Assembly: GCA_041288045.1 (NCBI GenBank) | Contig: JBGGMM010000004.1 | Coordinates: forward strand, 1-45,995 | Direction: 5' to 3' | From: Pseudobdellovibrionaceae bacterium | Lineage (GTDB): Bacteria > Bdellovibrionota > Bdellovibrionia > Bdellovibrionales > Bdellovibrionaceae | Length of the DNA: 45,995 nt | Shown here: in pieces, positions 37,551-45,995 of the stretch | How positions within the stretch are numbered: the first letter of the stretch is position 1 | Layout of the letters: every line of letters begins with the position of its first letter | Notes under the pieces: model-generated | Database searches by the model: none | Told to the model about the DNA's origin: nothing | What the model saw: the letters and a program-made list of their open reading frames with translations, nothing else | Made by a program: the position numbers and the translations under genes

Positions 37551-39593
37551 ATGCTAAAAAAATTGGATTTGACCACTCGAGCGCTACTTTTGGCCCTCAT
37601 GTACTCGTTGCTTTGGCTGATTGTCCATTGGAGCTTTGTGCAGCCCGAACTTCCCTGGGTTTGGGTTTTTCCTCAGCTGTTTTCTTCTTTGCTGATCTTT
37701 CTTTGCCTGAATGGGCTGTTTATTTCCTTTGGCTTTTACCGCTGGGGCCGTTTTGTGCAGCCCCTGATCACACTGGCTTACATTCAACCGATTTTCCAAA
37801 TTTCTTATTTCAAAGCCTATAAAAGTTTTTTGGAGCAACAGAACATCTCGTTGCTTTTGCGTGAGCCGATGTTCGTTTTCAATGTCTTTGCCAAAGAAGT
37901 TTCCCTGCTTCAGGGACTTTTGCTGTTTGGGCTTTGGATTGGCTTTCATTTTCTCAACCATTTCTTTTTGCAAAATCGCGGGCCTCAAAATCAAAAACCC
38001 AAACCTTACTTTCTTTTTTCGTCGAAAATTTCCTGGCTTTTTTTGATCCTGGCCATCGGCTCGCAGGTGAAATGGTGCTTGAAGCATGACACTTCTCAAT
38101 TGATCATGCGGCCGCTGTACCCCGTGGTCCTTTTTGCTTTGCTTTCAATTTTTCTTTTTTTCTATCGCTCACAATTTGCCATTTGGAAAAAAGCTTTTTT
38201 CGTTTTGGCGCTTTTTCTGAATGTTTCTCAGCTCTACGCTCTGAATCTCGGCTTTCCGGAATTTCGTGACAAAATGACTTTGGATTCGCGGTTTTACCGG
38301 GCCTTTTTTGGAGCTTATTTTGTCAATACGGCTTTGGGGACTTTGGATCAATCTGATCAGGCCCTGCAGAAATTTGAAGAACTTCCTTTAGCCAAAATGG
38401 ATTACAATATTTTGGTGATTTTGGATGATTCTCAGCGCTGGGATCATTCCAATCGGCATGGTTTTTCAGAACCCACCGATGATTCGCTCAATTGGTTTTA
38501 TGATCAAGCTCTTGATTTTCAATTTCCAATTTCACCAGCCAATTTCACCGACACTTCTGTCCCGGCCTTTCTGACCGGCCTTGGATCCAATCGGGATGTT
38601 TTGCAAATCAAAGGCAGCCTAACGCTATGGGATTATTACGCCAAAGGAGCTGAGACTTTTTTTCTTTCCTCACAGCCTCTGGATTGGTCGCATTTGGATT
38701 TATTTTATAAATCAGTAGGTCAGAAAAATTTGTGGAGCGCCATCGGCTCCGGCGCTTTCAAAGGCAATCAAGAATTGGTCGATGACAGCTTTTTAGTCGC
38801 TGAGTTTAAAAAATTTCTTTCGCTGAACCAAGGTCCTTGGGTGGGTGTCTTGCAGACTTTCTCAAGTCATTATCCATACAATAAATACCCGGGAGCTCCA
38901 CAGCCCTATCAGCCTTGCGACCTGACTCGCGAATCAGGAGTCGAAAATTTCAAAAATTGCTATAAGAATGGCCAGGTTTCAGCCGCCTTTGCGAAAAATG
39001 ATATTTTGAAAGCTGTTGATTTGTCGAAAACAATTGTGATTCTGACTTCGGATCACGGTGAAGGCTTCAATGAGCATGGCATTTGGTTTCATGGCGTCGA
39101 CTATCACCAAGAGATGGTGAAAGTTCCTTTTTTCCTCTACCTACCGCCGGCGATCAAAGCCAAAATCCCCAAGCCACTTTTAGCCAATCTGGAAGCCAAC
39201 TCAAAACGGGTGATCAGCACCATGGATCTGTTGCCGACGCTTTTGGAAATTCATGAAATCCTCTCAGGGCAAAAGCTGGCCAACGCAAAAACAAAATTTT
39301 CCGGGCGCAGCCTTCTTCAGACTTGGAATGAGCGTCTGGTTTTTTCAAGCCACTGCTTTCCGCAGTATCGTTGCTACAGTCGCGAAATTGCTTTTGTGAA
39401 TGATGATTATTTTGTGCTTTTTCGGCCGTCAGAGGGATTTTACAAAATCTATCCGACTTTTCACGATCTCTCACAAACTCATCCGTTGGATCCAAAGGAA
39501 ATTCCTCGGCACAAATTGAAGCAAATTGTTGAAGAGGCGGCTGATCAGCACTCGATCGGCCAAAGCATGAAAGCTTATTTTGAATCTTTGTGA
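37551..39593 (+). CDS. Membrane-anchored sulfatase/alkaline-phosphatase-superfamily enzyme (EptA/LtaS-like)
   Basis: Multiple N-terminal TM helices; ILDDSQR, FTDTSVP, HYPY, SDHGE, HG motifs. Confidence 0.75.
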   Translation: MLKKLDLTTRALLLALMYSLLWLIVHWSFVQPELPWVWVFPQLFSSLLIFLCLNGLFISFGFYRWGRFVQPLITLAYIQPIFQISYFKAYKSFLEQQNISLLLREPMFVFNVFAKEVSLLQGLLLFGLWIGFHFLNHFFLQNRGPQNQKPKPYFLFSSKISWLFLILAIGSQVKWCLKHDTSQLIMRPLYPVVLFALLSIFLFFYRSQFAIWKKAFFVLALFLNVSQLYALNLGFPEFRDKMTLDSRFYRAFFGAYFVNTALGTLDQSDQALQKFEELPLAKMDYNILVILDDSQRWDHSNRHGFSEPTDDSLNWFYDQALDFQFPISPANFTDTSVPAFLTGLGSNRDVLQIKGSLTLWDYYAKGAETFFLSSQPLDWSHLDLFYKSVGQKNLWSAIGSGAFKGNQELVDDSFLVAEFKKFLSLNQGPWVGVLQTFSSHYPYNKYPGAPQPYQPCDLTRESGVENFKNCYKNGQVSAAFAKNDILKAVDLSKTIVILTSDHGEGFNEHGIWFHGVDYHQEMVKVPFFLYLPPAIKAKIPKPLLANLEANSKRVISTMDLLPTLLEIHEILSGQKLANAKTKFSGRSLLQTWNERLVFSSHCFPQYRCYSREIAFVNDDYFVLFRPSEGFYKIYPTFHDLSQTHPLDPKEIPRHKLKQIVEEAADQHSIGQSMKAYFESL

Positions 39594-39660
39594 TTCGCAC
39601 TGCCGCATGCATTGCGCTTCTCGCCAGCTCTTGTTTAGCTTGGAGATTCTAGGAGGTCTC

Positions 39661-40455
39661 ATGTGTCGTTTACTGACTCTGGTTTCATTTTTATTTTCTC
39701 TGTCTGCGATGGCCGCCATCAAATCTGAAACTGTTGAATACAAAGAAGGTCAAACCACGCTGGAAGGCTATATGGCCCACAACCCGGCCGTGCGGATGCG
39801 CCAACCTGCTGTCGTTATCGTTCACGCTTGGATGGGAGTTGATGATTTCGTCAAGAAAAAGACCGATGAAATGGCCCAAATGGGCTTTGTCGCATTGGCC
39901 GCCGATATTTACGGTAAAGGCGTTCGCCCCAAAGATGCCAAAGAAGCTGCTGAGCTGGCTGGAAAATACCGCAACAATGACCGAACTCTTTTGCGAGCAC
40001 GAGCACAGGCCGCCTTCGACCTTCTCAAGAAAAATCCGAAAGTGGACCCAAGTAAGATTGTCGCCATCGGTTATTGCTTTGGCGGCACCACCGTTCTTGA
40101 AATGGCAATGGCTGGACTGCCCTTGGCCGGAGTCGTTTCCTTTCATGGCGGATTGGAATTTCCAAAGCTAGCTGATACAAAGAATATCAAATCCAAGCTT
40201 TTGATTTTGCATGGAGCTGTGGATCCCTATGTTCCGCCAGCTCAGGTTCAGGCTTTGACGAAAGCACTGGATGAAGCAAAGACCGATTATCAATTCGTTG
40301 CTTACAGCGGTGCAGTTCATAGTTTCACCGATCCAAGTGCAGGAACAGATGCCAGCAAAGGCGCTGCTTACAATCCCGTGGCCGATCGCCGATCAACAGA
40401 AGCCATGAAGGATTTTTTCCGCGAAGTCGTCGGCGCTCCCTCTGTGCAGAATTAA
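39661..40455 (+). CDS. Dienelactone hydrolase family protein (exported)
   Basis: GYCFGG nucleophile elbow, SFHG, HSF; AGGAGG RBS. Confidence 0.92.
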   Translation: MCRLLTLVSFLFSLSAMAAIKSETVEYKEGQTTLEGYMAHNPAVRMRQPAVVIVHAWMGVDDFVKKKTDEMAQMGFVALAADIYGKGVRPKDAKEAAELAGKYRNNDRTLLRARAQAAFDLLKKNPKVDPSKIVAIGYCFGGTTVLEMAMAGLPLAGVVSFHGGLEFPKLADTKNIKSKLLILHGAVDPYVPPAQVQALTKALDEAKTDYQFVAYSGAVHSFTDPSAGTDASKGAAYNPVADRRSTEAMKDFFREVVGAPSVQN

Positions 40456-40498
40456 ATCTTTCCATCCCAAGAGCCTTCGACTATTGTAGGAGGCTCTT

Positions 40499-42229
40499 AT
40501 GCTCATCAAGGGACATCCCCTCTGGTTCTACATTAAAAAGCACAAAGCACATTTCCTTTTGGGAATGTTCTTTCTTTTGCTGACCAATCTGGTGGATGGC
40601 TTGTATCCGCTTGTCATCAAGCGTGGAATTGATCAAATTGTGGCCGGCCAGCCATTTTCTGAAATCGCTCAGACCGCCGTTCTTTTTTTTCTGACAATGA
40701 GCTTTCTGGCGGCAACTCGCTATTGCTGGCGAGTCTTTTTTGGGCGTTACCACACTCAGGCGGCAGAGGATTTGAGAAACCGGATTTTTCAACATCTCAC
40801 CACCATGGGTCCTCAGTTTTTCAAGAAAAATCAAATTGGCGAATTGATGAGCTTGATCACCAACGATGTGCAATCTTTTCGCCAGGCCATTGGCAGCGGA
40901 GTTCTTGTTCTGGTGGATGGCGTGACCATCATTTTTATCGTCCTGCCCTTGATGTTCTGGCTGCAACCGGATTGGACTTTGAAAACTTTGGTGTTTCTGC
41001 CATTGGTGCCCTTTTTGATCTGGAAACTCACGCAATTGATTTTTTCCCGCTTTAAAACCCAGCAAGATAAGCTGGCGGAGCTTTCGGGATTTTCACAGGA
41101 GACAGTGGCTGGCATTCGAGTGATCAAAAGTTTTGCTCAAGAAGAGAACCAATTGAAAGCCTACAATCGATTGAGCCTGGTTTTTGAAAAGATGTGCAAT
41201 CGTGTGGCCTCTGTGGATGCTCTGTTTGGGCCTGTCATGCAGTTTGGAATTGCCAGTGGAACTGTGATTCTTCTGTTTGTGGCGGCTGATGACATCGTCA
41301 GTGGCGTTGCTTCCATTGGGACCTTTGTCGCTTTTCAAAGATACATTCACAAAATGGTCTGGCCGATGACAGCATTGGGATTTGGCGTGAGTCAGTTTCA
41401 AAAAGGAATGGCCTCTTACTCTCGAATCAAGGACGTTTTGATTCAAGAGACAGATATTCCAGATAATGGACAAATTGAGATCAAAAATTTTGAATCCTTA
41501 GAAGTCCGCAATTTGAATTTTCAATTTCCAGAAAGCCAGACTCCAGCTTTGAAAAATATCCAGTTTGAAATCAAAGCTGGGCAAAAAGTCGGATTAGTAG
41601 GCCCTGTTGGCAGTGGCAAGACGACTCTTTTGCATCTTCTCACCCGGCTCTATCCAGCTCCTCGGGGAACTATCTGGGTGAATGGACATGAAATTCAGGA
41701 TATCACACAGAGATCCTTGCGGCTTCAAATGGCGATGGTTCCGCAAGAGCCTTTTCTTTTCAGTGATTCCATTTCCGAAAATATGATGCTGGGCCTTGAA
41801 GGCGAAGCCACAGCTGAAGATGTGATTCATTGGGCCCAGGTCGTGGATATTAAAAATGAAATTGATGATCTGCCTCATCAATTTCAATCTGAATTGGGCG
41901 AAAGAGGAGTCAACCTTTCCGGCGGGCAAAAACAGCGACTGACGATTGCGCGAGGATTGATGACCCGAGCGCCCTTGATTTTATTGGATGATTCTCTCAG
42001 TGCAGTTGATCACAAAACGGAAAAAACCATTCAGGCTCAGCTCAACCAACAAGTGGGAACAAAGAAAACTCAAGTCATTGTCAGTCACCGTCTATCAGCT
42101 GTTGAAAATGCCGATCAGATTCTGGTCCTCAATCAGGGTGAAATCGAGGCCATTGGAACTCACACAGAGTTGATCCAGAAAAGCCCGACCTACCGTCGCA
42201 TGGCTGAAATTCAGGGGTACCGAGCATGA
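40499..42229 (+). CDS. ABC exporter TMD-NBD subunit (MdlA-like)
   Basis: GPVGSGKT, LSGGQ, Walker B LDDS (degenerate). Confidence 0.92.
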   Translation: MLIKGHPLWFYIKKHKAHFLLGMFFLLLTNLVDGLYPLVIKRGIDQIVAGQPFSEIAQTAVLFFLTMSFLAATRYCWRVFFGRYHTQAAEDLRNRIFQHLTTMGPQFFKKNQIGELMSLITNDVQSFRQAIGSGVLVLVDGVTIIFIVLPLMFWLQPDWTLKTLVFLPLVPFLIWKLTQLIFSRFKTQQDKLAELSGFSQETVAGIRVIKSFAQEENQLKAYNRLSLVFEKMCNRVASVDALFGPVMQFGIASGTVILLFVAADDIVSGVASIGTFVAFQRYIHKMVWPMTALGFGVSQFQKGMASYSRIKDVLIQETDIPDNGQIEIKNFESLEVRNLNFQFPESQTPALKNIQFEIKAGQKVGLVGPVGSGKTTLLHLLTRLYPAPRGTIWVNGHEIQDITQRSLRLQMAMVPQEPFLFSDSISENMMLGLEGEATAEDVIHWAQVVDIKNEIDDLPHQFQSELGERGVNLSGGQKQRLTIARGLMTRAPLILLDDSLSAVDHKTEKTIQAQLNQQVGTKKTQVIVSHRLSAVENADQILVLNQGEIEAIGTHTELIQKSPTYRRMAEIQGYRA

Positions 42230-44010
42230 GCGGCACTCCATTTATGAGCGAAGATCAAGTCAAAGCCAATATCACTCTGCGTGAGCTTTTCTTGAGGCTT
42301 TGGCCCTACTGTCGAAAGCATTTGAAGCTTTGTCTGGCAGTGATTCTTTCTGTGGCCGGCCTTGCGATCACTTCCAGAATTTTGCCTTATTTGATTGGCT
42401 ATGCGATTGATCATGGCGTCCAAGAGAAAAATCTGCAGATTTTAAAATCTGTGGCTTGGATTTATTTGGCTGTTCAGATTCTTCAGACTCTTTTTCAATT
42501 CAGCTACAATTATATTTTTCAGCTGTTTGGAAATCGGGTTCTCTTTTATGTTCGCGAAGATCTCGTTCGACACATCCAGAGCCTTCCCATCCAGTATTTC
42601 AATAAAACTCCGGTCGGTCGCATTGTCACTCGGCTGACCAATGATGTGGCCAATTTGGCGGAACTTTTCACAGAAGGTGTGATTACGATCTTAGTCGAAT
42701 TCGTCATGCTCAGCTCGATTTTGGTGGCAATGAGTTTGATTTCTTGGAAGCTCACTTTGGCAAGCATGGGCCTTGCGCCTTTTTTCATTTGGGCTTCGCT
42801 GAAAATCAATCGCCGCTTACGGGAAGTTTTAAGAGAGGCAAAGAAAAAACTTTCTACTTTGAATTCATTTGTGGCTGAAAATTTGAATGGCATCAAAGTG
42901 ATTCAGCTCTACAATCGAGTTTCTAGAAATCGAAATCATTTTTTCGCGCTTTCCGACCAGTATAAAAATCTGACTTTGGGCTCGATCCGAGCCTATGCGC
43001 TGATGCAACCAGTGATGAATTTATTTTCAGCGGTGACGATTTCTTCGGCCCTTTATTTCGGTGGCTACTTTCATCAGGAAAGTGGTCTTGCCATTGGGGC
43101 ATTGGTCACTTTTATTTTGCATGTGCAGGACTTCATCCCGCCATTGCGTGAGATTTTGGATAAATACCAGCAATTTCAGAATTCTCTGACCAGTGGTGAG
43201 AGGGTCTTTCATGTTTTTGATGAAACGCCAGAGATTCAGAAAGAAACGATCACCCGGCCCTCGCAATGGAATGGCGAAATCGAGATTCGTTCTCTTTCAT
43301 TTCAATACGCATCGCATTTGCCGCCGGTTTTAAAAGATATCAATTTAAAAATTGCTGCCGGGCAATCCGTCGCATTGGTGGGTCGAACCGGGAGCGGCAA
43401 ATCGACTTTTATTTCATTGCTTCAGAGATTTTATGAACCCCCCGAGAATTCCATCTGGATCGATGGTCTTCCGATTGAAAGGATTCCCTTTTCACTTCTT
43501 CGCAAACATATTGGCGTGGTTCAACAGGATAACTTTGTCTTCCGTGGCACCATTGCCAGCAATATCACTCTCAATTCGGAAGGGATCAGTCTTGAGAAAG
43601 TCGAAAAAGCCTGCCGGCAGGTCGGATATTGGGATTTGCTTCAACAATCAGGACGGAATTTGCACTCACCTGTCGAAGAGCGGGGCGCTAATCTTTCGGT
43701 CGGTGAGAGACAGTTGATTGCTTTTGCGCGAATCCTGGCTTTTGAGCCGGATATTCTGATTTTGGATGAAGCCACGGCCAACATTGATTCTCAAAGTGAA
43801 AAAATCATTCAGCAGGCAACTGCCGAAGTTTCCAAAGGTCGAACCAGCTTGATCATTGCCCATCGCCTTTCAACAATTCAAAACTGTGATTTGATTGTGG
43901 TCTTAGATCAAGGGGAGATCAAAGAATTTGGCAATCATAGCGAGCTCATGGCCCGCCATGGGATGTATCATCAATTGGCTTCGGCCGGAGTGAAATCGAC
44001 CGAAATTTGA
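42226..44010 (+). CDS. ABC exporter TMD-NBD subunit (MdlB-like)
   Basis: GRTGSGKS, LSVGE (degenerate), LDEAT; ATGA overlap with the partner gene. Confidence 0.92.
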   Translation: MSGTPFMSEDQVKANITLRELFLRLWPYCRKHLKLCLAVILSVAGLAITSRILPYLIGYAIDHGVQEKNLQILKSVAWIYLAVQILQTLFQFSYNYIFQLFGNRVLFYVREDLVRHIQSLPIQYFNKTPVGRIVTRLTNDVANLAELFTEGVITILVEFVMLSSILVAMSLISWKLTLASMGLAPFFIWASLKINRRLREVLREAKKKLSTLNSFVAENLNGIKVIQLYNRVSRNRNHFFALSDQYKNLTLGSIRAYALMQPVMNLFSAVTISSALYFGGYFHQESGLAIGALVTFILHVQDFIPPLREILDKYQQFQNSLTSGERVFHVFDETPEIQKETITRPSQWNGEIEIRSLSFQYASHLPPVLKDINLKIAAGQSVALVGRTGSGKSTFISLLQRFYEPPENSIWIDGLPIERIPFSLLRKHIGVVQQDNFVFRGTIASNITLNSEGISLEKVEKACRQVGYWDLLQQSGRNLHSPVEERGANLSVGERQLIAFARILAFEPDILILDEATANIDSQSEKIIQQATAEVSKGRTSLIIAHRLSTIQNCDLIVVLDQGEIKEFGNHSELMARHGMYHQLASAGVKSTEI

Positions 44011-44927
44011 GCGCTCGGCCCAGGGATGGCAGTGCCATGAAAGCGAATGGCGTTTTTGCTGGGAATGTATTCCCAACCATTAGTGGTTGAGGATTCAATT
44101 TTAGCATCATTGACTTTCACAACCAATGTTTCGATTTTCGGTTTTTTCTCAAGCAGAAAGTCTGTGGCTGCTTCGAGGATTCGCTTTTCAATGTTGGCCA
44201 CTGTTTGAACCATGGTCTGTTCACAGATGGAAGATTTCGATCCACCTGAAGCATCTGCCAAAGCCATCCATTCCAACCCAGGCTCTTTCACTTGGCCATC
44301 CAAAGAGGTCGAGCAAGGCGAATTCAAATCCAAAAGACCAATGAAATTCACCACCCAGCCTTGAACATGGCCGTTCCATCCCTGCTGATGGGGCTTCAGA
44401 GTATCAAAAAAATTTTTATAATCGATTGCACTTCCGGGCGAGTGATCGTCTTCATTGGAAAGCGCCACCACTGCCAAAATCGCATCTTCGCGTAAAAATC
44501 CGGTTTCCATTGTTAATGCTTTTTGAATGGATTCTAGACCGCGTTCACTGTCTGACCCGAAATTTCCCTGTTTGATTCGGGAAACCAAAAGGCCTGAAAG
44601 ATTGGATGTATTTTTTGAGAGAATCTTAGGGTTTCCAACAAATTTGCCGCCACTGCCCCCCGATTGCATATTGGAAGTGACGACAACGATTCGATAGTCG
44701 AGACCTTTTCGATTGAGGGAATCAACCATTGCTGGCATTTGATCCGCCAGTTTATTTTGGTAAGTGCTCATACTGCTAGAGTCATCGACCATCAAAACCA
44801 TGTCGACTTTGCTATTGTATTTTACCTCTTGGTTGAAGCTTTGGCTTTCATCAGCCAAGGAATAAGTTTGTTTGTTACAGGCTATGAGCACCCAGGCCGA
44901 AATCAAAAGTGCGAACAGTGTTTTCAT
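43971..44927 (-). CDS. VWA-domain lipoprotein (CglB-like)
   Basis: Lipobox LIAC; DDSSSM MIDAS DxSxS; SNEDD. Confidence 0.75.
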   Translation of the reverse strand: MKTLFALLISAWVLIACNKQTYSLADESQSFNQEVKYNSKVDMVLMVDDSSSMSTYQNKLADQMPAMVDSLNRKGLDYRIVVVTSNMQSGGSGGKFVGNPKILSKNTSNLSGLLVSRIKQGNFGSDSERGLESIQKALTMETGFLREDAILAVVALSNEDDHSPGSAIDYKNFFDTLKPHQQGWNGHVQGWVVNFIGLLDLNSPCSTSLDGQVKEPGLEWMALADASGGSKSSICEQTMVQTVANIEKRILEAATDFLLEKKPKIETLVVKVNDAKIESSTTNGWEYIPSKNAIRFHGTAIPGPSAQISVDFTPAEAN

Positions 44928-44947
44928 TGGCCCTCCATGCCTTCGAT

Positions 44948-45706
44948 TTAGGCGGCGTTGTCCGTGTATTTCTTAATCGCTTGCTGGATCGTTTGACTGA
45001 TGCTGGTGAATTTGATTCCGTACCGATGCTCAAGTCCCTTGATCGGAGTCTTGCTGACAATCGTGCAAACGGCATTGAATGGCGGAACCCCGTCACCGGC
45101 TTTGAAATGCAGAAACAAACTTTGACCCACCTGAATTTCATCTGATTCGATGACAAGCCCTGCACCACCGGCGCTGACTTCAAGGGACATTCCCCGCCAT
45201 ACTTCTTTGTTGTTGTGAAGCAGGATCGAAGCCCCGTATCTGGCCCGTGCATGACGACGTCGATAAAAAACGTCGGTCATGTTTCCAGGGTCCTGGTCTT
45301 TAAGGGCTTTGATTTTTTCAGGTTGAAAATCATCAATCTCAGAAATGCGATACCAAGAATTCATTTTCGTCCGATTCCAGGCATAGTCGAATTCAAAAAG
45401 CTTTTTCTCTTGAAGCATTTTGACCATTTCAACAAAAGAGAAGGGGCCGTATTTGTTGTCATCACGAAGCACATACCACTCTGCCCCTTCATTGGGCCGA
45501 GGAGCCTGAGATTTTTGTGTGGGCTGTTTCCAACGACGAAAGTAGTCGTGAAAAGTCGGATGATCCAAAAGCAGGATCCAGTCCTTTTTGTTTTCGTCAT
45601 ACACGTAATCCGTCCATTCGACTTCTTTTTTCTCGATGCACTTGAGAACTTCATCGATTTCCAATGGACCTTTTTGTTGACCTCGGTGGTGAATGACGTA
45701 TTTCAC
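44948..45706 (-). CDS. Tandem GYF_2 (DUF4339)-like domains plus PilZ domain
   Basis: QKGPL..D..W and KYGPFS..YAW GYF_2 patterns; RRRHAR and EVSAGG PilZ motifs; GTG start after GGAGG. Confidence 0.8.
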   Translation of the reverse strand: MKYVIHHRGQQKGPLEIDEVLKCIEKKEVEWTDYVYDENKKDWILLLDHPTFHDYFRRWKQPTQKSQAPRPNEGAEWYVLRDDNKYGPFSFVEMVKMLQEKKLFEFDYAWNRTKMNSWYRISEIDDFQPEKIKALKDQDPGNMTDVFYRRRHARARYGASILLHNNKEVWRGMSLEVSAGGAGLVIESDEIQVGQSLFLHFKAGDGVPPFNAVCTIVSKTPIKGLEHRYGIKFTSISQTIQQAIKKYTDNAA

Positions 45707-45728
45707 GGCTCTGCCTCCTGACCAATTC

Positions 45729-45755
45729 TTCTCGGCAATCCGAGGACAGGACTTA
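45729..45755 (-). promoter_or_regulatory. Candidate sigma28 promoter
   Basis: TAAG-N15-GCCGAGAA. Confidence 0.6.
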
Positions 45756-45906
45756 ACCACTTGAAACTCTTGAAATAAACTGTCAAAAATCTACACAACA
45801 AAAGTCCTCTTTTCAGTCGAAATTTTGAACAGGACCAAAGCCACAATCCTGCCAAAAAGTTCAAAAAATCCCTCAGGATTTCCAGATTTTTCCGACAAGA
45901 ACTTTG

Positions 45907-45995
45907 ATGAAAACACCACTTTCTGCTTTTGTTGTTGTTGCGACGGTTTCATTTGCCCTTTCATCACAAGCAGGTCCTGCTGACTTTGAGGCCTT
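45907..45995 (+). CDS. Partial secreted protein (runs off the window)
   Basis: MKTPLSAFVVVATVSFALSSQA-GPADFEA signal peptide, frame open to the window end. Confidence 0.6.
   Translation, partial: MKTPLSAFVVVATVSFALSSQAGPADFEA

Noticed and set aside
40499..44010. Degenerate ABC motifs (LDDS, LSVGE) as pseudogenisation
   Set aside because: Normal asymmetry of heterodimeric exporters of the TM287/288 or TmrAB type.

Overview
About 46 kb of mostly core chromosome from a Bdellovibrio-like predatory bacterium (Bdellovibrionota; inferred from gene content and order: a 277-aa flagellin, a split nuo operon, NtrYX, GYF-PilZ, FecR/TPR-barrel and many secreted hypothetical proteins). Contents in order: partial nusG, secE, tRNA-Trp, tuf, tRNA-Thr/Gly/Tyr/Thr, rlmB-like methyltransferase, pyrF-ntrX-ntrY, riboflavin genes, clpB, flagellin, an H1-like protein, a sigma54 activator, a Xer recombinase, a FecR + TPR/beta-barrel pair, recO, a lytic transglycosylase, nuoB-CD-E-F-G-I, a subtilase, a sulfatase-like membrane enzyme, a dienelactone hydrolase, a heterodimeric ABC exporter, a VWA lipoprotein and GYF-PilZ. 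No transposase, prophage or CRISPR array was seen. The most notable items not explained by the ORF track are: (1) a two-copy ~230-nt non-coding element with a sigma70-like promoter inside a palindrome plus a structured RNA showing pair-preserving substitutions (16449-16675, 29309-29540); (2) a long flagellin leader with GGA-loop hairpins and two mini-uORFs; (3) an unannotated 30-aa Lys/Arg-rich gene with its own promoter, RBS and terminator; (4) a sigma54-driven transglycosylase plus small secreted partner (candidate effector/immunity pair); (5) a FecR + Slam-like TPR-barrel pair. All calls come from reading the sequence by eye; no searches were run.
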